From positions 1 through 64,000 of the forward strand of contig JBDRRF010000031.1 in assembly GCA_043825875.1 (NCBI GenBank): a stretch of DNA of 64,000 bases. Direction: 5' to 3'. Position 1 is the stretch's first letter, and each line of letters starts with the position of its first letter. Made by a program: the position numbers and the translations under genes. The stretch is from Pseudomonadota bacterium. Lineage in GTDB: Bacteria > Desulfobacterota > Desulfobacteria > Desulfobacterales > RPRI01. The notes beneath the pieces were generated by a model, which was not told where the DNA came from, ran no database searches, and worked only from the letters and a program-made list of their open reading frames with translations. Below are positions 8,761-18,433 of the stretch, piece after piece.

Positions 8761-10719
8761 TTATAAAATTCTTCCCAGGTTATATCCTTCATAAATAGCC
8801 TCAAGGGCCCTTCTCGGTGATACGCAATCGCCTACCCTGTGAAGCTTCTTTACTTTCCCTTTCAATTCTTTGTAAAGCTGATCATCTGCACGGTTTCCGG
8901 CAGCAAGTACTATTGTATCCACACCCTCTATAGTTTTAGGGACACCGGCATACACATCAAGAAATGTTAATGTATTTCCAGCAATTGCCATTAAATGCAG
9001 GTTGGTCTTAAACTCCACACCTTTTGATCTGACTCTCACGTAAAACGGCATCAAATCAGCTGTTGCAGCAAGCTCCATACCTACAAACAATAAAGGAGTT
9101 ATTATCTCTACCTTCTTGCCCTTGTCGGCAAGGTACTCAGCCACACTACAGCAAGGCCAGTGAGCCTCACCGCCATCGACTACCACAACGTTTTCGCCAA
9201 TATCGGCTTTTTCAAGCAATACATCCCATACACTAAACACATTGTCCTGATCTGCACCCGGTATGGGCGGTTTAAAAGGCTTTGAACCGGTGGCAATAAC
9301 TACTGCATCAGGATTTTCTTTTGCTACCAGCTCAGGTGTTACGGTAACTCCTGTATTAACTTTAACACCAAGTATTTCCATCTGCTTTACAAGATATCTG
9401 GTAATCCCGGCAAATTCAGCCCTGCTTTGTACTTTTACTGCTATATTCACCTGACCGCCCAGTTCATTCTCCTTTTCATAAAGAACTACATCATGGCCCC
9501 TTAACTTTGCCACACGGGCAGTCTCCATACCGGCAGGGCCTCCGCCAACAATAACTATTTTCTTTTTGGCAGACACCGGCTCAAGCTTTCCTATCTTTAA
9601 TTCCAGACCAACTGTTGCATTCTGAAGACAGGTAAGCGCTTTTCCTTTAAAAGCACGGCCTATGCAGCCCTGATCACAGGCTATACATGAACGGATTTCT
9701 TCTATTCTTCCATCCCTGGCTTTATTAGGAAGCTCGGGGTCGGCTATAAGAGCCCGAATCATTCCCACCATATCACCCTGACCATTGGCCAGAATCTTTT
9801 CTCCCTGAATCGGATCATTGATCCTGAAATCGTTTAATACCGGAAGATCAACAACCTCTTTGAATCCTACTGAATGCGGAGTATAAAACCCCAACGGTAC
9901 CTGCATTCCCATCCCAAGACCGTATATGCCTTCATAAAACGGGCCGCCTACATGGATAAAATCGATCTTTCCGGTTGCCTCAAGCTTTTGGGCTATCTCC
10001 TTGTAATCATCTATGCTGTTTCCGCCGGGTACAAAATCATCACCTGAAAGCCTGAACCCCAAAACAAGCTCATCACCTAAAGCATCGTGAATCGCATCAA
10101 CTAATTCCATTGGAAACCTGAGTCTGTTATCAAGGCTTCCGCCATATTCATCCGTTCTAAAGTTAGTTATCGGAGACATAAACTGCTGGGGCAGATAACC
10201 CGAACCGCCGTGTATTTCCACACCATCCAGACCGGCTTCTTTGACAAACCGGGCCGCTCTTTCAAATGCCTTTACTACTTCCCGTATATCTTCCGTTTCC
10301 ATTTCTTTGGGAACATCACGAAACATGGCCCCGGATGGAACAGCAGACGCCGACCAGGCAGGAAGACGGCTTAACTCAGGATCAGATTCTCTTCCTGTAT
10401 GACATAGCTGAACCAGCGCAACAGCTCCTTCATTGTGCAATGCATCGGCAAGCTTTTTTAACATGGGAATAACTCTTTCGTCATGAATTTCCTGAATACC
10501 CGCCAAATCCCTGGCATTTTGCATTACGGTCATCATCCCGGCAATTATCAAACCGGCTCCGCCTTGGGCTCTTGCTCTCAAGTACTCAATATACCTGTCG
10601 TCCAATATGTAATTCTGATCAGCCATCATCGTCCCGTGGGGTCCGAAATAGATCCTGTTTTTTACAGTCTTTGTGCCGATTTTAATCGGAGTAAATAAAT
10701 AGTTGAATTGGTCGCTCAT
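8761..10719 (-). CDS. NADH:flavin oxidoreductase (old yellow enzyme; 2,4-dienoyl-CoA reductase/BaiCD-like)
   Basis: GVEIHGGSGYL, RTDEYGGSLDNR, CIACDQGC Fe-S motif, VGGGPAGMETA. Confidence 0.9.
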   Translation of the reverse strand: MSDQFNYLFTPIKIGTKTVKNRIYFGPHGTMMADQNYILDDRYIEYLRARAQGGAGLIIAGMMTVMQNARDLAGIQEIHDERVIPMLKKLADALHNEGAVALVQLCHTGRESDPELSRLPAWSASAVPSGAMFRDVPKEMETEDIREVVKAFERAARFVKEAGLDGVEIHGGSGYLPQQFMSPITNFRTDEYGGSLDNRLRFPMELVDAIHDALGDELVLGFRLSGDDFVPGGNSIDDYKEIAQKLEATGKIDFIHVGGPFYEGIYGLGMGMQVPLGFYTPHSVGFKEVVDLPVLNDFRINDPIQGEKILANGQGDMVGMIRALIADPELPNKARDGRIEEIRSCIACDQGCIGRAFKGKALTCLQNATVGLELKIGKLEPVSAKKKIVIVGGGPAGMETARVAKLRGHDVVLYEKENELGGQVNIAVKVQSRAEFAGITRYLVKQMEILGVKVNTGVTVTPELVAKENPDAVVIATGSKPFKPPIPGADQDNVFSVWDVLLEKADIGENVVVVDGGEAHWPCCSVAEYLADKGKKVEIITPLLFVGMELAATADLMPFYVRVRSKGVEFKTNLHLMAIAGNTLTFLDVYAGVPKTIEGVDTIVLAAGNRADDQLYKELKGKVKKLHRVGDCVSPRRALEAIYEGYNLGRIL

Positions 10720-10848
10720 AGCTAACTTTCCTTTTTATAAGATTTTTAAATATATTAAAATTCCATTTTATAGTCAGGCAATAAACTTATTGTTGCAGTT
10801 CAAAAAATCTGAAGTTTTGTTCATCATAATTATTCATCTTTCATTAAA

Positions 10849-10867
10849 TGCTTAAATCGTGCCAAAA
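10849..10867 (-). promoter_or_regulatory. sigma54 promoter for the OYE gene
   Basis: Same 19-mer as at 6787-6805 (TTTTGGCACGATTTAAGCA on minus strand). Confidence 0.85.
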
Positions 10868-11022
10868 TTATATTATATATAATTACAATATGATACATTT
10901 ATAACCCCAAAATACACCTTTTAATATAAATATTAATATTTTTATTTAAACAATGTATATGATATATAATAACTAATCTCTAACTAACTGTTTAAACAAG
11001 ATAACAAAATTTCAGAGGATTT

Positions 11023-12684
11023 ATGAATATAGATGCAAACGAATTTTTCCGGCAGGCAACAATGAGAATTTGCGGCAGTCTTGATATTGACACAGCACTG
11101 TGGAAGGCTTTTGAATATATGGAAAACTTTATGCCGCTTACAGGCATGAGCCTTGTTCTTGGACAGCCGGGCATGCCTGCGATTGAAACACTTGCCCAGG
11201 TCAGCCGTAATAATATTGCAAAAGTAGACAGGAACATACCTTTACCTCCGGAAATGCGATCCGAGATAGAAACCTATTGGGCAAGCCTTGATGATGTTTT
11301 GATAATAAACCAGCCGGTATCATTTCCGGCCACCAGCAAGATGAAAGTGTTTCTTGAAAGACCAGATATGTCCACGATGACAATGCGCTTAAAAATTTCT
11401 GATAAAAGGCTGTTTGCTCTGGTAACTTATTTAATCGGAGCAGACCATTACGAAAACGAACATGCACACCTTTTATCCATGCTGCATGACCCTTTTGCGA
11501 TTGCCATGTCAAATGCTCTTCGGCATCAGGAGCTTTTAAAGCTAAAAGAAATGCTAGTAGATGACAACCGTTATCTTCATCAGGAGATGCTTCGTATTTC
11601 AGGTGATAAGATAATAGGTAAAAGCGCCGGGCTTAAAGCTGTTTTCGATATGGTAAGACAAGTTGCTCCTGAAAATATTCCTGTTCTTTTACTCGGCGAA
11701 ACAGGAGTGGGAAAAGAAGTTATTGCAAATGCCATCCATTATTCTTCTCATAGAAAAAATCAGCCTTTTATTAAAATAAATTGCGGTGCTATTCCGGATA
11801 GTCTGATTGACTCTGAGCTTTTCGGACATGAAAAAGGCGCTTTTACAGGAGCTTTATTTCAGAAGCGCGGCAGGTTTGAGCGGGCGCATAAAGGTACAAT
11901 ACTGCTTGATGAAATCGGAGAACTTCCGCTTGAGGCTCAGACAAGGCTTCTTCGGGTTTTGCAGGATAAGCAAATAGAAAGGGTAGGGGGCACCGCATCC
12001 GTACCTGTAGATGTCAGGATTATAGCTGCTACAAACAGAGATTTGAAAAATATGGTTGTTACAAAGCAATTCAGGGAAGATCTCTGGTTCAGGTTAAATG
12101 TTTATCCGATAAAGATACCTCCTTTGCGTGAAAGAAGAAATGATATTGCCGAGCTGGTATATTATTTTATCAAACGAAAATCCACTGAAAAGAACATATC
12201 TCCACCGCCTGCAATTGAACCCGGAGCTATTGATCAGCTAAAGGCTTACAGTTGGCCGGGAAATGTACGTGAACTGGAAAATTATATAGAACGTATTTTA
12301 ATCCAATATCAGGGACAAAACATTTCCGGCCCGCTTGCATTCGAAGATGCTGTATTTCAAAAAAAAGAACCTGATATACTTCACCAACCGGTTTACAGTA
12401 AAGAAGATAATGCAGAAGAAAAAATATTTTCATACCTCAAAGAGATCGTAAAAATTATATTACCGCAATCCGATTTGGAAAAGCACACATTTTCATCTGA
12501 TGATATAAAGGATACTCTGGATTTGGAAGAAATAGTATCACTACATATCCAGAAAGTATTAAAACAAACAGGCGGTAAAATAAACGGACAGGGGGGCGCA
12601 GCCGAACTTCTTAATGTAAATCCTAACACACTTAGAAGTAAAATGCGAAAATTAGGTTTATTGCAAAGCAGGAATGAGAAATAG
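11023..12684 (+). CDS. sigma54-dependent transcriptional activator, paralog of 6954..8612
   Basis: Near-identical N-terminus (IDANEFFRQATMRICGSLDI), GAFTGA, Walker motifs and HTH. Confidence 0.95.
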   Translation: MNIDANEFFRQATMRICGSLDIDTALWKAFEYMENFMPLTGMSLVLGQPGMPAIETLAQVSRNNIAKVDRNIPLPPEMRSEIETYWASLDDVLIINQPVSFPATSKMKVFLERPDMSTMTMRLKISDKRLFALVTYLIGADHYENEHAHLLSMLHDPFAIAMSNALRHQELLKLKEMLVDDNRYLHQEMLRISGDKIIGKSAGLKAVFDMVRQVAPENIPVLLLGETGVGKEVIANAIHYSSHRKNQPFIKINCGAIPDSLIDSELFGHEKGAFTGALFQKRGRFERAHKGTILLDEIGELPLEAQTRLLRVLQDKQIERVGGTASVPVDVRIIAATNRDLKNMVVTKQFREDLWFRLNVYPIKIPPLRERRNDIAELVYYFIKRKSTEKNISPPPAIEPGAIDQLKAYSWPGNVRELENYIERILIQYQGQNISGPLAFEDAVFQKKEPDILHQPVYSKEDNAEEKIFSYLKEIVKIILPQSDLEKHTFSSDDIKDTLDLEEIVSLHIQKVLKQTGGKINGQGGAAELLNVNPNTLRSKMRKLGLLQSRNEK

Positions 12685-12709
12685 TTATTTTTTTAAAAGC
12701 GAAACATTA

Positions 12710-12895
12710 GAGCCACTTTCAAAACGTTTCAGTTTGGTCAAGCTCAAGGCGGGAGAGAATTTCAACCAAATGAATACATTGAGTATTTCGAGGATAGCGC
12801 TAAAGGTTAGCGCTATGCTTCACTACGTGTCACTTCGTGCGAAATTTGAGCCTAACGCAGAGATCGGCCAAAATGGGGCGTTTTGAAACTGGCTC
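12710..12895 (+). mobile_element. MITE-A copy 1, with a ~45-bp internal insertion
   Basis: TIRs GAGCCACTTTCAAAACG / CGTTTTGAAACTGGCTC; flanking direct repeat ATTA. Confidence 0.9.
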
Positions 12896-12896
12896 A

Positions 12897-13358
12897 TTAA
12901 TATATCCCTAAATCGCAACCTGCTGCAATAGTTTGGCCCATCTCAAAACATTTTTCCAAAATACTATCCGTTATTTTACCTCTGGAAATAATGGGTTCAT
13001 ATACTTTCCGAAACGGAAAGGCCAAACAAATCCTTTCAATCTGGGTAAGAGTATTTCTTCCATCATTTCCGGCACAAACAAAAATAGAATACGGCCTGTG
13101 AAATTCTTTTTTATTTTTTGTTACGACTTCATATGTTCTGTCAAAAAAATCTTTTATCATCCCGGCCATATATCCGAAATACTCAGGTGAGCCTATTACC
13201 AACCCATCACAGTTTCTAATATCCTCAAGTGTAGTATCACCTGCGGCTTTGAGATTTACACTGACATTTACAACACTTGCCGCTCCTTTGGCAACCGATT
13301 CGGCCATCATTTTTGTGTTTCCGTTTTGAGAGTGATAAATCACCAGAATAGCAGTCAT
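12897..13358 (-). CDS. Flavodoxin-family NAD(P)H-dependent oxidoreductase (WrbA-like)
   Basis: YHSQNGNTKMMA FMN loop, GSPEYFGYMAG; start reassigned to MTAILV at 13358. Confidence 0.85.
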   Translation of the reverse strand: MTAILVIYHSQNGNTKMMAESVAKGAASVVNVSVNLKAAGDTTLEDIRNCDGLVIGSPEYFGYMAGMIKDFFDRTYEVVTKNKKEFHRPYSIFVCAGNDGRNTLTQIERICLAFPFRKVYEPIISRGKITDSILEKCFEMGQTIAAGCDLGIY

Positions 13359-13925
13359 TGACAAACCCCCGTTTTTCAGCATACTACAGATTTTGATTCT
13401 TATTACCACGGCAATTAAAGATAGCCATATTGGTAGTGTTGTGACATCATGCATGGAAAAGATTGATGCACGCAAACATAGTCAAAGATACTCAATATGA
13501 GATAGGAAAACAAGTGATTCGTCTTTGAAAACAGGGGATACAGAACAAAGTTTTGGCAAAGGGCGTTGGGATCAGCACGAGATGTAGCCTCCAACCGCCG
13601 GAGTTATTCGCATGTAAAGCAGGACACAACCGGCTGGCCCCAGCGGATTACGGGTTATTGGTCTAAATTAAAATCCGCAAAAGAATTATAACATATTCAA
13701 TCCCAATCACAAAGAAACCATAAAAATCTCGATGAAAATTATTTCAAGAGTAATGCTATCATTTTTTACTTATAGCTTCCTGAAATTAGCAACACGACAG
13801 ATATCTTAGATCTACAAGGTTCCATTCAGTAATCAACGCAAATGAAATCAACTGGACAAAATACGTTATAAGTAATACGCGTAAACAGATGTTAAATAGC
13901 AATTACAGAATAGCTCAGTAAAAAT

Positions 13926-13954
13926 TTGACAAAAACTCTAAAATCCTTTATAAA
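13926..13954 (+). promoter_or_regulatory. sigma70-type promoter upstream of cassette cluster 1
   Basis: TTGACA (13926-13931), 17-bp spacer, TATAAA (13949-13954). Confidence 0.6.
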
Positions 13955-14040
13955 TTAGCGACTTTTCATGCAGATTTTGTTTCCAACATCAAGTAAAGAC
14001 ATATTATTTATATTAATTGTTAAAAGGTAATTTTTAATAC

Positions 14041-14979
14041 ATGAAAATGAATCCTACAGCAAGACGACATCATTTTCTTCCACAAGCATATATTGCAGCC
14101 TTTACTAAAACAGGTTCCAAAGAAGATAAATTTTTTGTTTTTGATACTTCTACCGGCAAATCATTTTGTACTTCTCCATTAAATGTTGCAGTAAAAAGGG
14201 ACTTTAATCGAATTGATATAGATGACATGCCAATAGATGCTCTCGAACAAAATTTATCTAGCTTTGAAGGTCAAGTAATCAAAGTAATTCAAAAAATAAT
14301 TAAGAGTGAAGAATATCCAAATGATGAAGATTTAAATTGGGTTTTAAATTTTTTATGTTTAGTTGCAATTCGCAATCCTAAATTACGGAAATCTTTCAAT
14401 GATGCACAAGAACAAACTCTAAATAAAATTGGTGATATTCTTGTTTCTGATAAGAAAATTTGGGATAATTATATGAAAAAAATTCGAGAATCAGGAACAA
14501 TTATTAATGAAAATGTATCATTCGAGGAGATGAAAGATTTTATTGAAAATAGAAAATACGTCGTAAAATTTCATCCTTCACATAATCTTGATGTTGAATT
14601 TGAAACATTTGATAAAATTTTACCAATGTTAGGTCAAAGGACTTGGTCAATCATAATTGTACCTAATGATGGACCAGGATTTATATGTTCAGATCATCCA
14701 GTATCCCTTGCATATAAAAACGGAAGAAGTGGTCCAATAGGTTTCGCATTAAAAGAAACAGAAGTTTTTTTTCCTCTTGGGAGAAGAATAGGTCTTTATG
14801 GTGTGTTTGAAGATCCACTAAAATCAAAAGTTAAAGCAAGGCCAATTAATGTTGCGATTATGAATCTAAGAACTTTTCTAAATGCAGAAAAACATGTTTT
14901 TTCTTCTAATGGAACTTTTAATATATGGTACGATGGCAAAATCATTGAAGTACCTTCTAATAAAAAAATCGATAAGTAA
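14041..14979 (+). CDS. DUF4238-like protein (integron cassette gene)
   Basis: HHFLPQAY N-terminal motif, FICSDHPV; AT-rich; followed by an attC. Confidence 0.75.
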   Translation: MKMNPTARRHHFLPQAYIAAFTKTGSKEDKFFVFDTSTGKSFCTSPLNVAVKRDFNRIDIDDMPIDALEQNLSSFEGQVIKVIQKIIKSEEYPNDEDLNWVLNFLCLVAIRNPKLRKSFNDAQEQTLNKIGDILVSDKKIWDNYMKKIRESGTIINENVSFEEMKDFIENRKYVVKFHPSHNLDVEFETFDKILPMLGQRTWSIIIVPNDGPGFICSDHPVSLAYKNGRSGPIGFALKETEVFFPLGRRIGLYGVFEDPLKSKVKARPINVAIMNLRTFLNAEKHVFSSNGTFNIWYDGKIIEVPSNKKIDK

Positions 14980-14980
14980 T

Positions 14981-15108
14981 TTTTAAAAATGAAATAAAGT
15001 CGGCTGCGAACTGCAATTTGCTTTTGTCAGTGGTTACACCTGAAATTCAAACTACTTTTTCTTTGGCCGTCGGCATTGCGGTTCGCACCACTTATTTCGT
15101 AGTTAGTG
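14981..15108 (+). other. attC site (degenerate R'')
   Basis: TTTTAAA...GTTAGTG; stems GAAATAA/TTATTTC and TGCGAAC/GTTCGCA. Confidence 0.7.
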
Positions 15109-15116
15109 TGGAGACA

Positions 15117-15707
15117 ATGAAATACATTCTTCCAGGCATGGGAGCAAATTCAAAAATGTATTTGGGTCCTTGGCATGAGATTAAGGACTGTCGTTTCGTT
15201 GACTGGCCCCCATATAATCAAGAAAAATCTGTTGCTGATTTAGCAGGAAGATTAATTAAGGAATGTAGAATAGATCATAATGATACTTTAATTGGTTCTT
15301 CATTAGGTGGAATGGTGGCTTTGGAGATAGCTCAACTAACAGGAACTAAAAAAGTATTCTTAATCGGAAGTGCTATTAATTCGAAAGAAATAAGCTTATT
15401 TTCTAAAGCCTCAATGCCGTTTGCCAACAGACCTATTATTAAATTCTCGCAATGGATTTCTTCATGGTCGAGCAAACAAGTCCAGCAAATGTACTCGAAA
15501 TCGGATCCCGATTTTATTTTTTCAATGTCAAAAGCGATTCTTAATTGGCAAGGCTTTAAGGGTGATCCAAAAACGATTTATAGAATTCATGGCAAGAAGG
15601 ATCATTTTATTTCTTGCCCGGATGACTGTGAAACCATTGAAAAGGGTGGGCATTTGATTGCAATAACTCATGCCCAGCAATGCGTAGATTTTATAATTAA
15701 ACACTAA
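15117..15707 (+). CDS. Alpha/beta hydrolase (integron cassette gene)
   Basis: LPGMGA, GSSLGG nucleophile elbow, IHGKKD, GGHL; start at ATG 15117 with RBS GGAG. Confidence 0.85.
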   Translation: MKYILPGMGANSKMYLGPWHEIKDCRFVDWPPYNQEKSVADLAGRLIKECRIDHNDTLIGSSLGGMVALEIAQLTGTKKVFLIGSAINSKEISLFSKASMPFANRPIIKFSQWISSWSSKQVQQMYSKSDPDFIFSMSKAILNWQGFKGDPKTIYRIHGKKDHFISCPDDCETIEKGGHLIAITHAQQCVDFIIKH

Positions 15708-15760
15708 CATCGGCGTGCTGTCGGGCTCGCTTCGCTCGAAACAGACGCAGGCCGTTCGGC
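15702..15760 (+). other. attC site (59 bp)
   Basis: R'' CACTAAC (exact complement of GTTAGTG that opens this cassette), central GCTCGCTTCGCTCG, R' GTTCGGC. Confidence 0.85.
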
Positions 15761-15812
15761 TGAATAGATAAGTGATTCCTATAATATTATTATTTTGATA
15801 GGAGGTTAATCA

Positions 15813-16211
15813 ATGGAGGAAATTCAGAGTAAAAAAACAAAAATGGCTGATGAGAAGTATTGTAGTGAATGCGGTGAGATAATTTTGCTCAAAGCAGAAA
15901 TTTGTCCTAAGTGTGGCGTAAGACAATTGCCTGTTTTAGGCGCTATCGAAGGCTCTGAATCCAAAGACAGAAAATTGGGTGAAAAGTTTTTGTATGCAAC
16001 AGGAGTTACATTTTTAGTCTTTTTAGTTATTGTTTTAGCTACCACTCCTCAACACACATGGATGGCCGGTTTCATAGGTTCATGTATGTTTGCGCTTTTT
16101 AGTGGTGCCATAGCAATGGCTATTCCAACCATACGAAAAATCATTTATTTGCCAGTTAGTATTTCAATCATGCTATTTATCGCTATTGTGATTGGTCTAA
16201 CAATAAAGTAA
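15813..16211 (+). CDS. Zinc-ribbon membrane protein (cassette gene)
   Basis: CSECG..AEICPKCG plus three hydrophobic helices; RBS GGAGG. Confidence 0.75.
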   Translation: MEEIQSKKTKMADEKYCSECGEIILLKAEICPKCGVRQLPVLGAIEGSESKDRKLGEKFLYATGVTFLVFLVIVLATTPQHTWMAGFIGSCMFALFSGAIAMAIPTIRKIIYLPVSISIMLFIAIVIGLTIK

Positions 16212-16284
16212 TAAGAGGAATCGGTAAGAAAAAGTAACCAGCTTGTCAAATTCTTTATTGTCAATGATGGGAGAGGCAATTATC

Positions 16285-16377
16285 GCCGAACCTCAAATGC
16301 ATCAACCAGACCGGGAGAACGCATGCGGCCTTACGGTATAACTATGGTGGCCGGTCTGGTTATGCTGGTCGTTACAT
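16285..16377 (+). other. attC site
   Basis: R'' GCCGAAC (complement of GTTCGGC opening the cassette), stem AACCAGACCGG/CCGGTCTGGTT, R' GTTACAT. Confidence 0.85.
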
Positions 16378-16546
16378 GCTTTCAATCCGTAACAAACATT
16401 TTCCAAAGAATCCGGTAGCATTTGTTTGTAGGTGAACAAAATAAAAAAAGCTGGTAATCATTTGATTAACAATTTCCTTGCTTTCTTCTTCGCTTGGATT
16501 AAATATGTTATTCATTGTTTTGTCCTGTTTTTTGGCCTATAAAATG

Positions 16547-16582
16547 CAAAAAGCCAGAAACGGAATTATCCGTAACTGGCTT
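16547..16582 (-). terminator. Rho-independent terminator downstream of tRNA-Val
   Basis: AAGCCAG..CGGA/TCCG..CTGGCTT hairpin followed by a T run on the minus strand. Confidence 0.6.
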
Positions 16583-16592
16583 AATTTATTGA

Positions 16593-16667
16593 TGGTGGGC
16601 GGTACTGGGTTTGAACCAGTGACTTCTACCGTGTGAAGGTAGCACTCTCCCGCTGAGTTAACCGCCC
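16593..16667 (-). tRNA. tRNA-Val(CAC)
   Basis: GGGCGGTTAACTCAGCGGGAGAGTGCTACCTTCACACGGTAGAAGTCACTGGTTCAAACCCAGTACCGCCCACCA; cloverleaf, anticodon CAC, encoded CCA. Confidence 0.97.
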
Positions 16668-16688
16668 ATATAGGATTATTATTTGTAA

Positions 16689-16831
16689 GAGCCAGTTTCA
16701 AAACGTCCCATTTTGACCGATCTCTGCGTTGGGCTCAAATTTCAATCCTCGAAATACTCTATAGTATTCCTGTGGTTGAAATTTTCGCCCGCCTTGACCT
16801 TGATCAAACTGAAACGTTTTGAAAGTGGCTC
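16689..16831 (-). mobile_element. MITE-A copy 2
   Basis: Same TIRs; direct repeat GTAA. Confidence 0.9.
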
Positions 16832-16855
16832 GTAAGAATAACGATTTATCAGGTT

Positions 16856-17503
16856 TTAAGTCAATATATTTTTATCATCTTCATTAATTAGCGTATCTTT
16901 TGGGATATCTTCATTGTCTTCATCAGGAATAAGCGGTATCTGATCAGGGTCCTTTCTTACAGGAAGCAAAGGATTCACAAGACCTTTTATTTCATCCGGT
17001 GTGGGCAACTCTCTAAGATTCTTTAATCCGAATATCTCAAGAAACCGCTTTGTTGTTGAATATATAAGAGGTCGTCCCGGTATATCTTTTCTTCCCAAAA
17101 CACGTATAAGTTTGAGTTCAAGCAGCGTACGAAGTATTCCACCGCTGTCAACACCTCTTATATATTCTACTTCACTTCTGATTATCGGCTGCTTATATGC
17201 AATAATAGTTAAAGTTTCAAGAGCTGCTTTGCTCATCCGCAAAGGATTTGGCTGCACAAACTTCTTTACCCATTCGGCATATTCAGGTTTTGTACGAATC
17301 TGGTACCCTCCGGCAACTTCCATAAGGAAAATTGCACCATCTCTTTCTTCATATTCAGAAATCAGCCGGGATAGCATGTCTTTAATGATTTTCAAATCAG
17401 CCGGGATAACGCTTTTTATCCGCTCTATCGAAATGGGAGCATCCGCCACAAAAAGCAAAGCTTCTAAAATATTTTTTAATTCCTGTTCAGTTGGAATAGT
17501 CAT
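16856..17503 (-). CDS. scpB: SMC-Scp complex subunit ScpB
   Basis: LEALLFV, EVAGGYQIRT, ALETL.IIAYKQP, PGRPLIYSTT..FL. Confidence 0.95.
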   Translation of the reverse strand: MTIPTEQELKNILEALLFVADAPISIERIKSVIPADLKIIKDMLSRLISEYEERDGAIFLMEVAGGYQIRTKPEYAEWVKKFVQPNPLRMSKAALETLTIIAYKQPIIRSEVEYIRGVDSGGILRTLLELKLIRVLGRKDIPGRPLIYSTTKRFLEIFGLKNLRELPTPDEIKGLVNPLLPVRKDPDQIPLIPDEDNEDIPKDTLINEDDKNILT

Positions 17504-17541
17504 GGCGTCTATGTATCACAAATTAATAATTTTGTAAAAAA

Positions 17542-18261
17542 TTATAAATAAAACAGTCTTATTATACCCGATTGCACATGCTGTACAATACTGACAATAG
17601 CCATCTTCACCATTTCCAGTATAGCAAGAAAAGTAATTACAATATCGCTCTTTGTAACGGTATCATCAAAAAGCTGATCAAAAGTAATATTTCCCTCTTT
17701 TTCCAGCATATCTGTAAGTTCGTTGATTCGGTCTTTCACCGATACTTTGTCGGGAGTAATATCAAATTCTTTGAATGCCGGAATTTTATCAAGCAGTCTC
17801 TGAAAAGCGTCCATCAGTTCAAAGAGTCCTACATTTATAACTCTGTCTTCATTATCTATGGGTAAATCTTTTCTGTCTAAACTTCTGGAAAAAGTATTTT
17901 CTCCAAGAATATTTCCTTCCAGCAGATGCTCTGCCGCAGACTTCATCTGGAGATATTCAAGAAGAGGTCTGGTAATTTCAATTCTTGGATCATCTTCATC
18001 TTCATCTTCTTTCGCCGGAAGAAGCATCTTTGATTTTATATGTGTAAGGGTTGCTGCCATAACCAGAAAATCACCGGCTACATTGACATTCATGGATTTC
18101 ATCCAGTCAATATATTGAAGATACTGTTCAGTAACAATGGAAATGGGAATGTCATAAATGTCAACTTCGTTCTTTTTAATAAGATGAATAAGAAGATCCA
18201 TAGGGCCTTCAAATACATCTTTTAAATGAACTTCGTATATTTCTTCCGGTTCTTCCGCCAT
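17542..18261 (-). CDS. scpA: Segregation/condensation protein ScpA
   Basis: FEGPMDLLIHLI, FLVMAATL..IKSKMLLP, TFLAILEM. Confidence 0.95.
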   Translation of the reverse strand: MAEEPEEIYEVHLKDVFEGPMDLLIHLIKKNEVDIYDIPISIVTEQYLQYIDWMKSMNVNVAGDFLVMAATLTHIKSKMLLPAKEDEDEDDPRIEITRPLLEYLQMKSAAEHLLEGNILGENTFSRSLDRKDLPIDNEDRVINVGLFELMDAFQRLLDKIPAFKEFDITPDKVSVKDRINELTDMLEKEGNITFDQLFDDTVTKSDIVITFLAILEMVKMAIVSIVQHVQSGIIRLFYL

Positions 18262-18285
18262 AGCATGTCTTTTCTTTAATCTTTA

Positions 18286-18428
18286 GAGCCAATTTCAAAA
18301 TGTTTCAGTTTGGTCAAGCTCAAGGCGGGCGAAAATTTCAACCACAGGAATACATAGAGTATTTCGAGGATTGAAATTTGAGCCCAACGCTTAAGATCGG
18401 CCAAAATGGGGCGTTTTGAAACTGGCTC
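18286..18428 (+). mobile_element. MITE-A copy 3
   Basis: Same TIRs; direct repeat TTTA. Confidence 0.9.
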
Positions 18429-18433
18429 TTTAT

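Noticed and set aside
12674..12886. Short ORFs with LSKRFSLVKLKAGENFN-type or reverse-frame sequences (also 49800-50045, 51667-51855, 57202-57474 and the 5' parts of 24864, 28695, 57242)
   Set aside because: They are translations of the non-coding MITE-A repeat
13500..13880. Possible integrase remnant or extra attC (TTATAAC...GTTATAA) upstream of cassette cluster 1
   Set aside because: No tyrosine recombinase motifs in the frames I read; the span is long for an attC and internal pairing is poor
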